64,000 nt of DNA from assembly GCA_010909165.1 (NCBI GenBank), contig MU008155.1:2170001-2234000 (forward strand), given 5' to 3'. Below the pieces are notes generated by a model. That model was not told the DNA's origin. It was given only the letters and a program-made list of their open reading frames with translations, and did no database searches. The translations under genes were made by a program, and so were the position numbers. The DNA comes from Anthoceros angustus. Its lineage: Eukaryota; Plantae; Anthocerotophyta. Positions 23,986 to 34,699 of the stretch are shown piece after piece; the stretch's first letter is position 1; the number at the start of each line of letters is the position of its first letter.

Positions 23986-26883
23986 CTAAATACAAGGCTT
24001 GTGCATCACCCTGGCTGGACGGTGGACGTTGTTCTCATCTCCAACCAAGAAACTGTGCACCCGTCCGTCCTGGTCTGTCCACCAGCTCTGACCCGGCTGC
24101 TTTCGTGCTCTGACAGTTTTTCTCCTCAGGTCCATCTTTTGTGCATGCTCCCACAGCTGGGCACCAGTGTATATGTTTGACATCAACACATAAGTTGCGG
24201 ACTGTTTGTTGTCCAGCTTCACTGCTTGGTTGAAAGCATGGCGTGCAACCTGAACGTTGCCCCACATTCGACAAGCAGCTAATAGAGTTTGCCAAACTGC
24301 AGGCTTGGGGGGTGCAGGCATTGTGCCTACTAACCCAAGGGCCTCGGATAGTTGTCCTGCACGACTGAGGAGATCCACCATGCATGCATAGTGTTCTTCG
24401 GAGGGAGTGATGCCATGCCGGCTGCTCATAGCCTCAAAGTACTCCCGCCCCTTGTTGACTAGACCAACATGGCTACACACTGTTAGTACACTGAGGAAAG
24501 TGATGCCGACTGGCTGTATGCCGTCCCCGCTCATTCTCTGAACCAAAGCGAAGACCATATCACTGTCTCCTTGACAGCTGTAGCCTGCAATCAGGACATT
24601 CCATGTGACAAGGTCCCTCTCGTGCAACGCATCGAACACCTGCTGTGCATCAACCATGCTCGCACACTTTCCATACATGTTCATCAAACTGCTGGCTACA
24701 AACACATCCGATTCAAGCCCTTGTTCTTCAATCTGCGCATGTAGCTGCCTTCCGATGTGCAAAGCTGCCACATTTGCACATGCTTGCAGGAGACACATAA
24801 ATGTCACAGAATTGGGTACAGCCAGGCCGTCTGCTTGCATATCACTGTAGAGATGAAGGGCTTCCTGGCCCATGCCCTTTTGGGAATACCCAGCTATCAT
24901 AGCATTCCATGTCACCACATCCTTTTCACAAAGCCTGTTGAACACTCGTTCCGCATCTTCCAAGCTGCCACACTTTGCAAACATGTTTACCAAACTGTTG
25001 GCCACAGAAACGTCAGCGTGGTATCGTCCTTTTCTAATTTGTGCATGCAGCTGCCTCCCGTTTTCCAAAGCTGGGCCGCCCACACTTGCACATGCCTGCA
25101 AGAGGCACAAAAATGTCACAGAGTCAGGTTCTGCAATGCCTTCCTCTTGCATAGCAGTGTAGAGGAGAAGGGCTTCCTTGCCAAAGCCCTGGTGGGCATA
25201 CCCTGCGATCATGGCATTCCACGTCACCACATCTTTCTGACCAAGTCCATGAAACAGTCTCTCAGCATCTTCTAAGCTCCCGCACTTTGCGTACATGTTT
25301 ACCACACTGTTGGCAACAAATACATCACTTTCATGTCCAAGTTCTCTGACTTGCGCATGAAGCTGCTTCCCCTTTTCCAAAGCTCGGGGGCCCACACTAG
25401 CGCATGCCTGCAGGAGGCAGACAAATGTGATGGAATCAGGTACAGCGATGCCTTCTTCCTGCATCGTACTGTAGAGATCAAGGGCTTCCTGCCCCATTCC
25501 CTGATGGGAATACCCTGCAATTAAAGCAGTCCAAGCCACCACACCTTTCTGACCAAGTCCATCAAATACTCTTTTAGCATTTTCCAAGGCACCACACTTA
25601 GCATACATGTTCACCAAACTGCCAGCTACAAACACATCCGCTTGATGTCCTCGTACTGTAAGTTGCGCATGAAGCTCCTTGCCCTTCTCCAAAGCTCCAG
25701 TGCCCACACTTGCACATGCCTGCAGAAGGCAAACGAAAGTCACTGAATCAGGTACTGCAATGGGGTCTTCCTGCAGAGCACTGTAGAGATTAAGGGCTTC
25801 CTGACCCATTCCCTGCTGGGAATAGCCTGCTATCATAGTATTCCATATCACAACATCCTTTTGACCAAGTTTATCAAACGCGTTCTGAGCCTCTTCCAAG
25901 CTTCCACACCTTGCGTACATGTTCACCAAACTGCTGGCTACAAACACATCAGCTTCATGTCCTCGCTCTCTGATTTCCTCATGCAGCTGCCTTCCCTTCT
26001 CCAAAGCTTGGGTGCCCACACTCGCACATGCCTGCAGAAGGCACGCAAATGTCGCGGAACCAGGCACGGTGATGCCCTCCCCTTGCATAGCACTGTAGAG
26101 ACAAAGGGCTTGCTCTCCCATGCCCTGCTGGGAATACCCTGCGATCAAAGCAGTCCACGTCACCGCATCTTTTAGGCCAAGTCCGTCAAACACTCTCTGA
26201 GCTTCTTCCAAGCTGCCACACTTTGCGTACATATTCACCAAGGAATTACACACAAACAAATCAAGCTCAACGCCACTGGCCAACACATCAGCATGCACCT
26301 GCTGCCCCGATCTCAAGTCTGACACCCTTGCACAAGCCTGAAGGGCAGCCACAAATACATGGCCGTCTGGCTTCACACTTGACCTGCGCATCCGACGATA
26401 CAATTGTATGGCCTGCCTTTCATGTCCGTGCATCACATGCGAAGACATGATGGCACACCACGTGAAGGCATCTGGTGTGGAAACCTCGTCAAATGCATCC
26501 ATCGCGTCTTGCAACCTGCTATGAGAAGCATACATCCGCAGGATATGGAAGCCCATGAAAGTGTCTGCCTGGTACCCTGTCTTCACGGTGAAACCGTGCA
26601 CACGCCGACCCAAGATAAGCTCCTTCTCGACTACGCATTGCTTCAGGACAGCATACAAGAGAGATTTGGAAACACAACGCTCCGACTGCACCAGACCTCC
26701 CAAAGCTTCAACAGCCTCATCGAGCTGGCCGAGACGACATAGCTTGATCACGGTTTCAGCCGTTATGGCACTATCGTGACCTGCAGGCCTGCGAGGGCCA
26801 GGATGATTAGGTAAGCTCCAGTCGGAACCCAGCTCCCCATCCATAGCAGCAACCCGAGGACCTACCCAAGCTGGCTTGTACAT
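23986..26883 (-). CDS. Intronless PLS-class PPR protein with E domain and no DYW domain (putative organellar RNA-editing specificity factor)
   Basis: Open frame of ~965 aa with regular P-L-S triplets of ~105 aa, then WQTLLAAC, ATYVLMSNIY, KQPGQSWW...VHSFLVGD and a stop before any HxExnCxxC deaminase motif. Start could be 26883 or 26844. Confidence 0.95.
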   Translation of the reverse strand: MYKPAWVGPRVAAMDGELGSDWSLPNHPGPRRPAGHDSAITAETVIKLCRLGQLDEAVEALGGLVQSERCVSKSLLYAVLKQCVVEKELILGRRVHGFTVKTGYQADTFMGFHILRMYASHSRLQDAMDAFDEVSTPDAFTWCAIMSSHVMHGHERQAIQLYRRMRRSSVKPDGHVFVAALQACARVSDLRSGQQVHADVLASGVELDLFVCNSLVNMYAKCGSLEEAQRVFDGLGLKDAVTWTALIAGYSQQGMGEQALCLYSAMQGEGITVPGSATFACLLQACASVGTQALEKGRQLHEEIRERGHEADVFVASSLVNMYARCGSLEEAQNAFDKLGQKDVVIWNTMIAGYSQQGMGQEALNLYSALQEDPIAVPDSVTFVCLLQACASVGTGALEKGKELHAQLTVRGHQADVFVAGSLVNMYAKCGALENAKRVFDGLGQKGVVAWTALIAGYSHQGMGQEALDLYSTMQEEGIAVPDSITFVCLLQACASVGPRALEKGKQLHAQVRELGHESDVFVANSVVNMYAKCGSLEDAERLFHGLGQKDVVTWNAMIAGYAHQGFGKEALLLYTAMQEEGIAEPDSVTFLCLLQACASVGGPALENGRQLHAQIRKGRYHADVSVANSLVNMFAKCGSLEDAERVFNRLCEKDVVTWNAMIAGYSQKGMGQEALHLYSDMQADGLAVPNSVTFMCLLQACANVAALHIGRQLHAQIEEQGLESDVFVASSLMNMYGKCASMVDAQQVFDALHERDLVTWNVLIAGYSCQGDSDMVFALVQRMSGDGIQPVGITFLSVLTVCSHVGLVNKGREYFEAMSSRHGITPSEEHYACMVDLLSRAGQLSEALGLVGTMPAPPKPAVWQTLLAACRMWGNVQVARHAFNQAVKLDNKQSATYVLMSNIYTGAQLWEHAQKMDLRRKTVRARKQPGQSWWTDQDGRVHSFLVGDENNVHRPARVMHKPCI

Positions 26884-27499
26884 GTTGTCCAAGGGAACAC
26901 CTCCTGGGACAGCCCTTGCCCAACATCAGGCTATCGGAGGCTCTTCTTACTGTCCCGACAAAAGTCCAGCTACGTATGCCTCCGCCCAAAATTCTCGGGT
27001 TACAGAGCTCCATCAGCATGCAGTTACAGAGTTTCTCTGCAATCGAAGCGTTTCTATGCAATCCGATGTTGTACATATACCGAAATTATAACCTAGTCAT
27101 GTAGAAAGCCCTGCGGTTCGTTAGTCAAGTAGAAAGAGAGTTACCAAACCCACGGTCATATGTCGTCCCCGTAATCAGTTCTCAATTCAATTGGGTGGTC
27201 TCACGCCGAACAAATGGCATGTGCTAAAACTCTCGTGTCGGACTTTACAAATAGTTAACTCTAGTGTCTAACTCTAGTGTCGACTTTATAAATAGTCAAA
27301 GGTATACATCGAGATTTTTGATATAAAGAACCCCTAGAACACTTTTGATATGGAGTAACCCCGTAGAAGCTGGATGGGTGGCACCTATCCATGAAGTTGG
27401 ATGGGTGGCACCCCATCCAAGCATTGATCCGACCCCGGACATGATGTTTACCCATACGGCCATAAAGCATGAGTTAGTTCATGCTAACTTGAAACCCAT

Positions 27500-28310
27500 G
27501 GACCCACACGTGTTTTCTTGTGGTTCATCACTATTGAAACATGATAAAGTATTAAATGCAAACCCTACTCTAGCTCCCGCTACATAAGTGTTACATGATG
27601 TTACAATTTTGATTCCTACTTCCTTGAAGTGTTCTTTGTCAAGTTGTTCAAAATGAAGGGGAGAATTTTGCATCAAATACAGCTTGGACTTGCAGCATAA
27701 GATAAAGTAGTTTTCGTCATATTCTTTAGATTTTTTTTCTCCTTTCCCTTTATTATTTTCATAATCAATGTCTAGTTCATTGTAAACAAGCTTCTTGCTT
27801 AACACAAGACTTTAGATTGAGAGGAGAATGTAAATGATGTTCGAAGCCTTTGGATTCCAAACTTCTGATGTCTTACGAGGCCATGTATTAAAAAAGGTAA
27901 GACATACTTTGCCGTTTTTTTAAGGATTGGGATTAATCTGCAAGCCTTTAGAGTAATAATATAATTTAGATGGAATATCAAGAAGGTGTGGAGGAAAATA
28001 TATATCAAAGAAGTATAAGCCATCATGATATGGGGTACTATCTGCTGCAATTATTACCGCCGTCATTAGATCCATTCGTTCGTATAGCTATGGGGGATTT
28101 TTCATGAGGAGGCCCCACTCATGTTGAACTCGCTTCATCCTCTTCCCCCGAACGCTTATATTTTGAGTGCTTGAGTAGAAGTAGTAATTGCTTGCATCTT
28201 TGACAATATCAAAATGTTCAAATGGCTCCCTACTTGCTCCCTCCAAGATACTTGTGGCTTCTAGTTTGACACTTGATGCACATTTTAGATTTTATTTCAT
28301 TTCAAAAGCT
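27500..28310 (-). pseudogene. Intronless UBC23/24(PHO2)/25-type E2 ubiquitin-conjugating enzyme pseudogene
   Basis: My minus-strand translation: FEHFDIVKD...KRVQHEWGLL..ERMDLMTAVII..TPYHDGLYFFDIYFP..INPNP*KNGKVCLTFFNTW..EVWNPKASNII..SI*SLVL..YNE..GEKKSKEYDENYF. Active-site Cys retained; in-frame stops and a deletion are present. Confidence 0.9.
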
Positions 28311-28429
28311 ACATGTGAATCCTTCTTCCTAATGCAGGCTTGGCCATGTGTGAATATGCATCCGCATGAAGAGCTATCATCACAAATTTTACCCCCCCTA
28401 GATTCAGCACGATTTCCATACGGAATCCA

Positions 28430-28870
28430 TCACTTCGGAGGTACGTGCAGATTCTATGTTGAAAATATGCGAAATGTTTGATAATTTTGACCAAGTTCCA
28501 TGTTTAATCAACCTTGAAATTCGCTTCTAAGGTTTCCATGTGGATTTTGGAAGTTCGGAAATTCATACTAATTCTACGTTGAAAATGTACACGATCCCAC
28601 CCTTAGAGTTTTTATATGGATTCGATAATTTGGAAATTCACACAATTCTACATTGAAAACACATAAGATCGCTCCCAAGGGTTTTCATGTGGATTGTGAC
28701 ATTTGAGGTTCACATAAATTCTGCGTGAAAATGCACGGAATCCAGCCCTTTAGGGTTTTGTGTGGATTACGGTTCGGAGGTTCGCATTTAATTCGTGTTG
28801 AAAATGCATGAGATGATTGATTGACTTTGGGCAAAGTTTTCACATCTTATCAACTTGAAAACTATGGTAC
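28430..28870. repeat. Degenerate AT-rich tandem array (~75-bp units)
   Basis: Recurring attct[a/g]c[g/a]ttgaaaa / gattctatgttgaaaa and gtggatt motifs. Confidence 0.6.
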
Positions 28871-31479
28871 CATTTTGTTATGTGGATTATACATTAAGTT
28901 CATTCATTATCAACTCCTATGCTTGCTTTGTGGTTTCAATGTTTATTTTTATTTAATTTATAATATTTTAAAATGCTTAAAATATGTAAATTCTATGTAG
29001 TTTCAAACATTTAGGAGGATCACATAGTTTACATGTAGAAAGTACATGACATATTCATGTTTTAAGAAAAAAATTCATGTTGAATCAAAGTAGCTTGTAT
29101 AGAAAGCATATGTAGAAAATGTAGTATCTATTACTATCAATTCTTCATGGTGAATACATTCATTTTATAAATTATACATACATATTTATAATCTACAAGA
29201 ATATATATGGAGTACATCTAGGTTCAAAGACGTTGGGAGACTACACGTAGTCCCTTATGAAAGTACATTATTTGTATAATGATGAGTTATTGAAGTTATA
29301 TACATTTCAATGTAGTGGATATTCTTATTCAATAATTTTTTCTATAAAATAAATAATTTTAATATATTCATTAGATACTATATTATTAAAACAGAATATT
29401 AAATAAATAAATTAATTAGATATTAAAATATTACTTATTTATACCATATTATTATATCAAAAATATGTTTGAAAATATTAGAGAAATCTATATGCATAAA
29501 GGAATAAAAGTGTACTCCACCTCAAATGCCTAATAAGAAACACCCAGTGCTAATATAAAACCTAGCAATCTTCTCCAAAGAAGACCACAAAATGAGGAAA
29601 AGACGATATAAGTAGCAAGAGAATGTAAGGATCCGCGTTTTTGTAACTACGACATAGTTACAAACAAGCATCCTCAAAAATCTCCTAAACCACTAAGAAC
29701 TAAATGAGGTGAAAACTAAATGAGGACTTGATCCTTCTCATTCGGCCCGTGCTCCAATAATCCTAGTTTCCATGTTCTTCATGCCCAAGAGATGCTCATG
29801 CATCCTAGGAGCTTCCATTACTTTTCCATCCATTGCATATTCCAAATTGCAAGAGTTTAAGTACTTAGTCGAACTATATAATTAGATATAGTATATGAAA
29901 TTAATTCATGGTTGTTTCACTTACCACGTATAGGAAGAACCCAGCTTGCTCCAAAGTAATTGTAATAGGCTCTGGGCATTATACCTTGCGCCCATAAAGA
30001 CTTTGGAGAGCTGCAGTTGAGCCCCATGGGTCTATCGCCATTTGCAAACTCTTGAATACGCCATTTATTCCCAAGTTTCCGGACTTGTAAATTTTCAAAC
30101 CAAGACTCAGCCTCTGCGTGACATCCAATCCACAGGCTTTGGTAAGCCTAGAGCTCATACAAATGAGCTCGGCAACTGCAAGAATTGATACAACTTTAGG
30201 TCGCAAAAGAAACGAAGATTAGGAAAGTTGAACTTGAAATTCAATAAATACCTTAGTATAGCTCCCCTCCGATCGCGTATGTTTGTAAAACCATCTTCTT
30301 GAGCCCCGTTCTCCTGTTGGACCCCACGCTTTATAAAACTTACGTAATAGGGACTCGTCGATAAATCCACATCCATAGACCGAGTAAAAATCTTGCACCA
30401 TTTTATCGAAGGGAACATAGTAGAATATGGACCCATTCCCAAGAGCAACTCGGTGACAATAGTCTTGATTGGTTGGCAACAATAGTCAAGGCCAGTTTCT
30501 TCTCTAGTTGTGATAGGGCATGTATATTTGACTTTTGCACACATAAATTGTCTCTTTGTGCTCAAGCTTGTCTTTGAGATGCTCGTAGTGTGACCTTGTG
30601 AACGCATTTGGCTCTTCTTCACTCAACCCTTGTTGAGTTGAGCTTGAGCAGATCTTCGCCGCTCCGGGACTTACCGTTCAAGACCCGTCCGTATCAGCAG
30701 CTTGAGACCGTTGCGGTTGTCCGATCGGCGCTTGCCACCGGTCTACTACGAATTGGTGACCCTTGCGCTTGTACACCGCCAAAGACTTGCCACGTGATGT
30801 CTACTACGAGCAATTGGAGAGAGTGTTTGTCCATCACCGACTTGTCGCTGAGGTCGATATCGCAATTGGAGATTGCCGGCTATCACACTTCCGGATCTGC
30901 GTTCAATGATACCGCTAGTTGAAATTGTTGTTGCACTTACACGTCACCGACGGAGCTTGCAAGTCTCATTGTGCAATAATAGGCCTTTGTTGTGCAATGG
31001 TAGTAGCATATCTCTGTTGTGCAATGGCAGCAGCAGGTCTCTGCTGTGCAATAGCAGCAGATTCACATTCTGTCGCTGGTGCATCCGATCGCTCAACAAG
31101 ATGGTTGATTGTGCATGTGAGTCGGAGAATCTCCTCCTGCACAAGACTCTACGAATAAATGGCGTTTGGCAAAGGAGAGCAAGGAAGAAGGCGGCCTTGG
31201 ATTTGGAAAACAATGGAGGTCTTCCTCTAAGCGGTCCCTCGTGAACTTGAAGTCTCAACATCAACATCTTCAACTTCTTCTTATCTCAAATCGACGGCCG
31301 AGTCCGGCCGGATCGGATCACTGCCTTGTAAGCCTTGGCATCGCACAACAACAAACCAAATCAAAACAAAAGAGGCAAAAGGAGCATTCAACATTACAAT
31401 AACTTGAATGCTCAGATCGACCTCGAGATCCGCACGTTGGTAAACCTTCCCGATCGATCGACTCCAAGGCTGATTTCAC

Positions 31480-31640
31480 ACACGCAATTCCGCTCAGCAC
31501 TCCGCTCGGCGCACTCCGCTCGGCGCCTCCGCTCGGCGCCTCCGCTCGGCGCCTCCGCTCGGCGAACTCCCGCTCCGGCACTCCCGCTCCGGCACTCCCG
31601 CTCGGCGCACTCCGCTCCGGCGAACTCCCGACGCCCGAGC
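31480..31640. repeat. GC-rich ctccgctcggcg-type short tandem repeat
   Basis: ctccgctcggcg / ctcccgctccggca repeated about 10 times. Confidence 0.85.
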
Positions 31641-33994
31641 CGAGTCGATAGGCGAACCTTTGAAAGAAGCAAAGAAAATAGAGAGAGGATTCGGTTTCAG
31701 CCAGTTCATGCACAAGAAGAGGCCCGCCCCCGCCAAGATTCTCGCACTGCATTACATTCACTGCTCGCCAAGATTCTCGCATTGACATGAGCCCGGCCCG
31801 CCTCGCCAAGATTCTCGCACTTGATTATAGGGTGAATCCTTGTAACATTTCGGACATAGAATCGGTGCACATTTTTAAGAGCGATTGACTTTCATATATG
31901 CTAATGTAATGCTGGTGGGAAATAGCAAGCACCGAGGGCTTGCAGGAGCTTGAAGTTGTGAGCTTGGCAAATATCTTGAGGATTGTTGCATTGTCCTTCA
32001 AGAACGTGTCATTGTGCATCATGTCAAGGGCATTGAAAGCGTCATAGTCAGTCGTTATGCCATGATCGGAGCATCATTCATGAGTTGTAGAAGCGTGATC
32101 GCAACACCGTAATAGGAATAAGCTGCCTTCAATTCGGATATGAGCCGGAATGCTCGTGATAAACGCAACTAGCTTCTTAGAGCCCTTGGCCCTAACCCTA
32201 TGTGCCGATTGGTGAAGTAACGGAGGTCTCAAGACGCAGAAAATCCACGGAATAATCAAATCAACATGTTGTCATCATCCTCCACATGGTTATTCGTCCA
32301 GAGTGTAGATCTCCTTCACCAAAGCCACCAGAGAGAAGGAACAGAAAAGGTGTTAGACGCTCATCCTAAGATTTGTTAAAAAGGCGGTCTTCAAAGGAGC
32401 AAGTCACCGGCTCACGATTGCAATGACCTCCTTGAACTCATCCCCATGGATCCCACCACGTAGTCCCTAAGTGGAATGCATCCCTAGGTTATGATTCGAC
32501 ATTGCAAACCAACCACCGTCGTGAAACAATCTAGCATATGTAGTTCGAGCTCGACAGTAACCCAATGCAAGGAAGTGAACTAAGAAGCCTTCCACCTTAC
32601 ATGTACAAATCCCGCACGAAGTAGCTCCCCACAAATCCACGAAGGAGTTGTCAGCTACTGGCTAGTCGGACTCAGTCCGCAAGCGAAGGGCCCGGCTTCA
32701 CTCTTGTATCCCTCAACCTCTTGGCCAAAAGTTCGCCTTTGCCATGCTTTTCCCACGAGGTGCCCTTGATGGAGATGTGCTCCGGCTTGGTGTTGGTGGA
32801 CGAGATTGGATCAGCTCTTGAAACATGTGGTCGTCCACCCCATCCCCTATTCAACACCAGCTTCTTGATGCAAGGCTTGTTGTGCTTCAACGGAACAACT
32901 CCTGAAGTTGCTACGCCTGTAGGGTTTCAAAACACGAACTGCAGATTCAAGCTTCACGCACTTGTGCAAGATAGGCATCGACAGGATCCAGCCCTCCTCA
33001 TCCAGGGAATGGCCGTGCTCCGATAAGGTGCGTGATGCTTAGAAGCTGGACAAGGCATGTCACAAAATAGCCGCCACTTACGGAGCTTCAAGGTGGTGTT
33101 GGAGTAGCATTCCAGCCACCGCTTCTTCGAGCCTACCTCCAGTACGCCATCCTCACCTCCCGCAACCCGGATACTTCAAGCCATAAGCGGGTGATGGATT
33201 GGTTAAGGGGCGCAGTAGCACATGTGAGACGTGAGACTACAACTCCGACCAGCTCGAGGAGGGCACACCGCCACGGGGCTCAAGGCACGCAAGATAGGAA
33301 TCAACATAGCTGCTCGCCGGATTCTTGTGCCGGTCATATCCGATATCAAGCCCGCCGAGCGTGGTGGTGAGCGCCACAGCCGCCCCCGCCCTCATGGTCC
33401 ATGCCTATCCCAAAGCAGTCCCAAGGTTCGCAGAGAGTAGGGTGAGGATGGCGGCAACGTCGCCCGCAGCCGCTTCCCTATCATATCGTTGTCGCCAAGA
33501 TACAACTTGCTGAGTAGAGCCGCTCTTGTCTCAAGGTCGCGGAGATATGAGCCAAGCCTTCCACACTCAGCCCAATTGCCCGCATATCCGGATACTCCAA
33601 CCTGCAACCGGTCGAGGACGGCAGAAGCGAGTGCAATGCACGCCTGCCGTCCGAATCCTCCGAACCCATAAGCTCAGTTTTCCAGCTGGATTGTGCTTCA
33701 ACCTTCAGCAGTCACTGCCTCCACGCCGCTCACGCTGTACTTCCCACGCTTCCTCAAGGGATTCGATCGATGGTTCTCGTGCTAGCTGCCGATCGCGCTC
33801 ATGATGCGCAAGCGCAGATGGCGCCTCGATTTCCCCAACGCTTCATGTTCGCCGGCTGCTCAAGAAGTAGGAGCCTGTGCGCAGATCCGGAGGAGGAAGC
33901 GCAGTGAAGCTCGGCGACTGGGACTCGAGGCTCTCCAGCAGGGCAACCAAAGCGGCAGGAAGAGGAGGAGGAAGAGGCTGCTCTGCCATAGCTG

Positions 33995-34540
33995 CCAACT
34001 CGGCATTCCGACCTCCTGCAAGCCGATCCTATGTAATATTATGGCTTCCGATCCTTGTAATAGGATCCAGTATAGGATCGGCTTTGGCATTCCGACCTCC
34101 TGCAAGCCGGCTATTGCTTGCCGGATCAAACATTCCCGAGCATACCCAAGCTGAGCCTGCATTCCGACCTCCGCAAGCCTGCAGCTATGGCCTTGCCCGA
34201 GTTGCAATCTGTCCGGTTGCAATATGTCACACCCTAAATTTTAGCAATCCGTTGAAACCTCGAAATTGGAAGTGCCCAAAACTCAACCCATTGAAACTCG
34301 AAACTGGAAGTGCTCAAAACTCAACCCGTTGAAACCGAAACTAGAAGTGCCCAAAACTCAACCCGTTGAAACCTCGGAGTGGAAGTGCCTGTGACCGAGC
34401 TTCTCCGCCACTCACCTTCTAGCTTTTCTGTGGGCTCGGCCTGTGGGCTCGTCGCTTCATTATGATCTTCACATATATGTACTTCTAGCTTTTCCGCCTG
34501 TGGGCTCGGCCTGTGGGCTCGGCCTGTGGGCTCGCTTCAT
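33995..34540. repeat. Cluster of three short repeat arrays upstream of the transposase
   Basis: gcattccgacctcc x3 (~34000-34180); aaactcaaccc[g/a]ttgaaac..gaagtgc x3-4 (34245-34390); ctgtgggctcggc x5 (34430-34535). Confidence 0.8.
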
Positions 34541-34699
34541 TATATACTTTAATTTGCGGTGTGATCCAAGTGGTCGCCTATGGGTTTGGATTGTGAGAGA
34601 TGTGTGAACTTCTCTAATTTAGGAGCTCTACGGTCTCATCAACTTCAAAGTGCTAGGTGTAAGACAAGGCATGCAAGACTCATTAGAATCAATACCACA

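Noticed and set aside
30219-30560. Ulp1-like protease accessory ORF
   Set aside because: The catalytic His/Asp/Cys arrangement could not be found; kept only as unassigned coding-like DNA.
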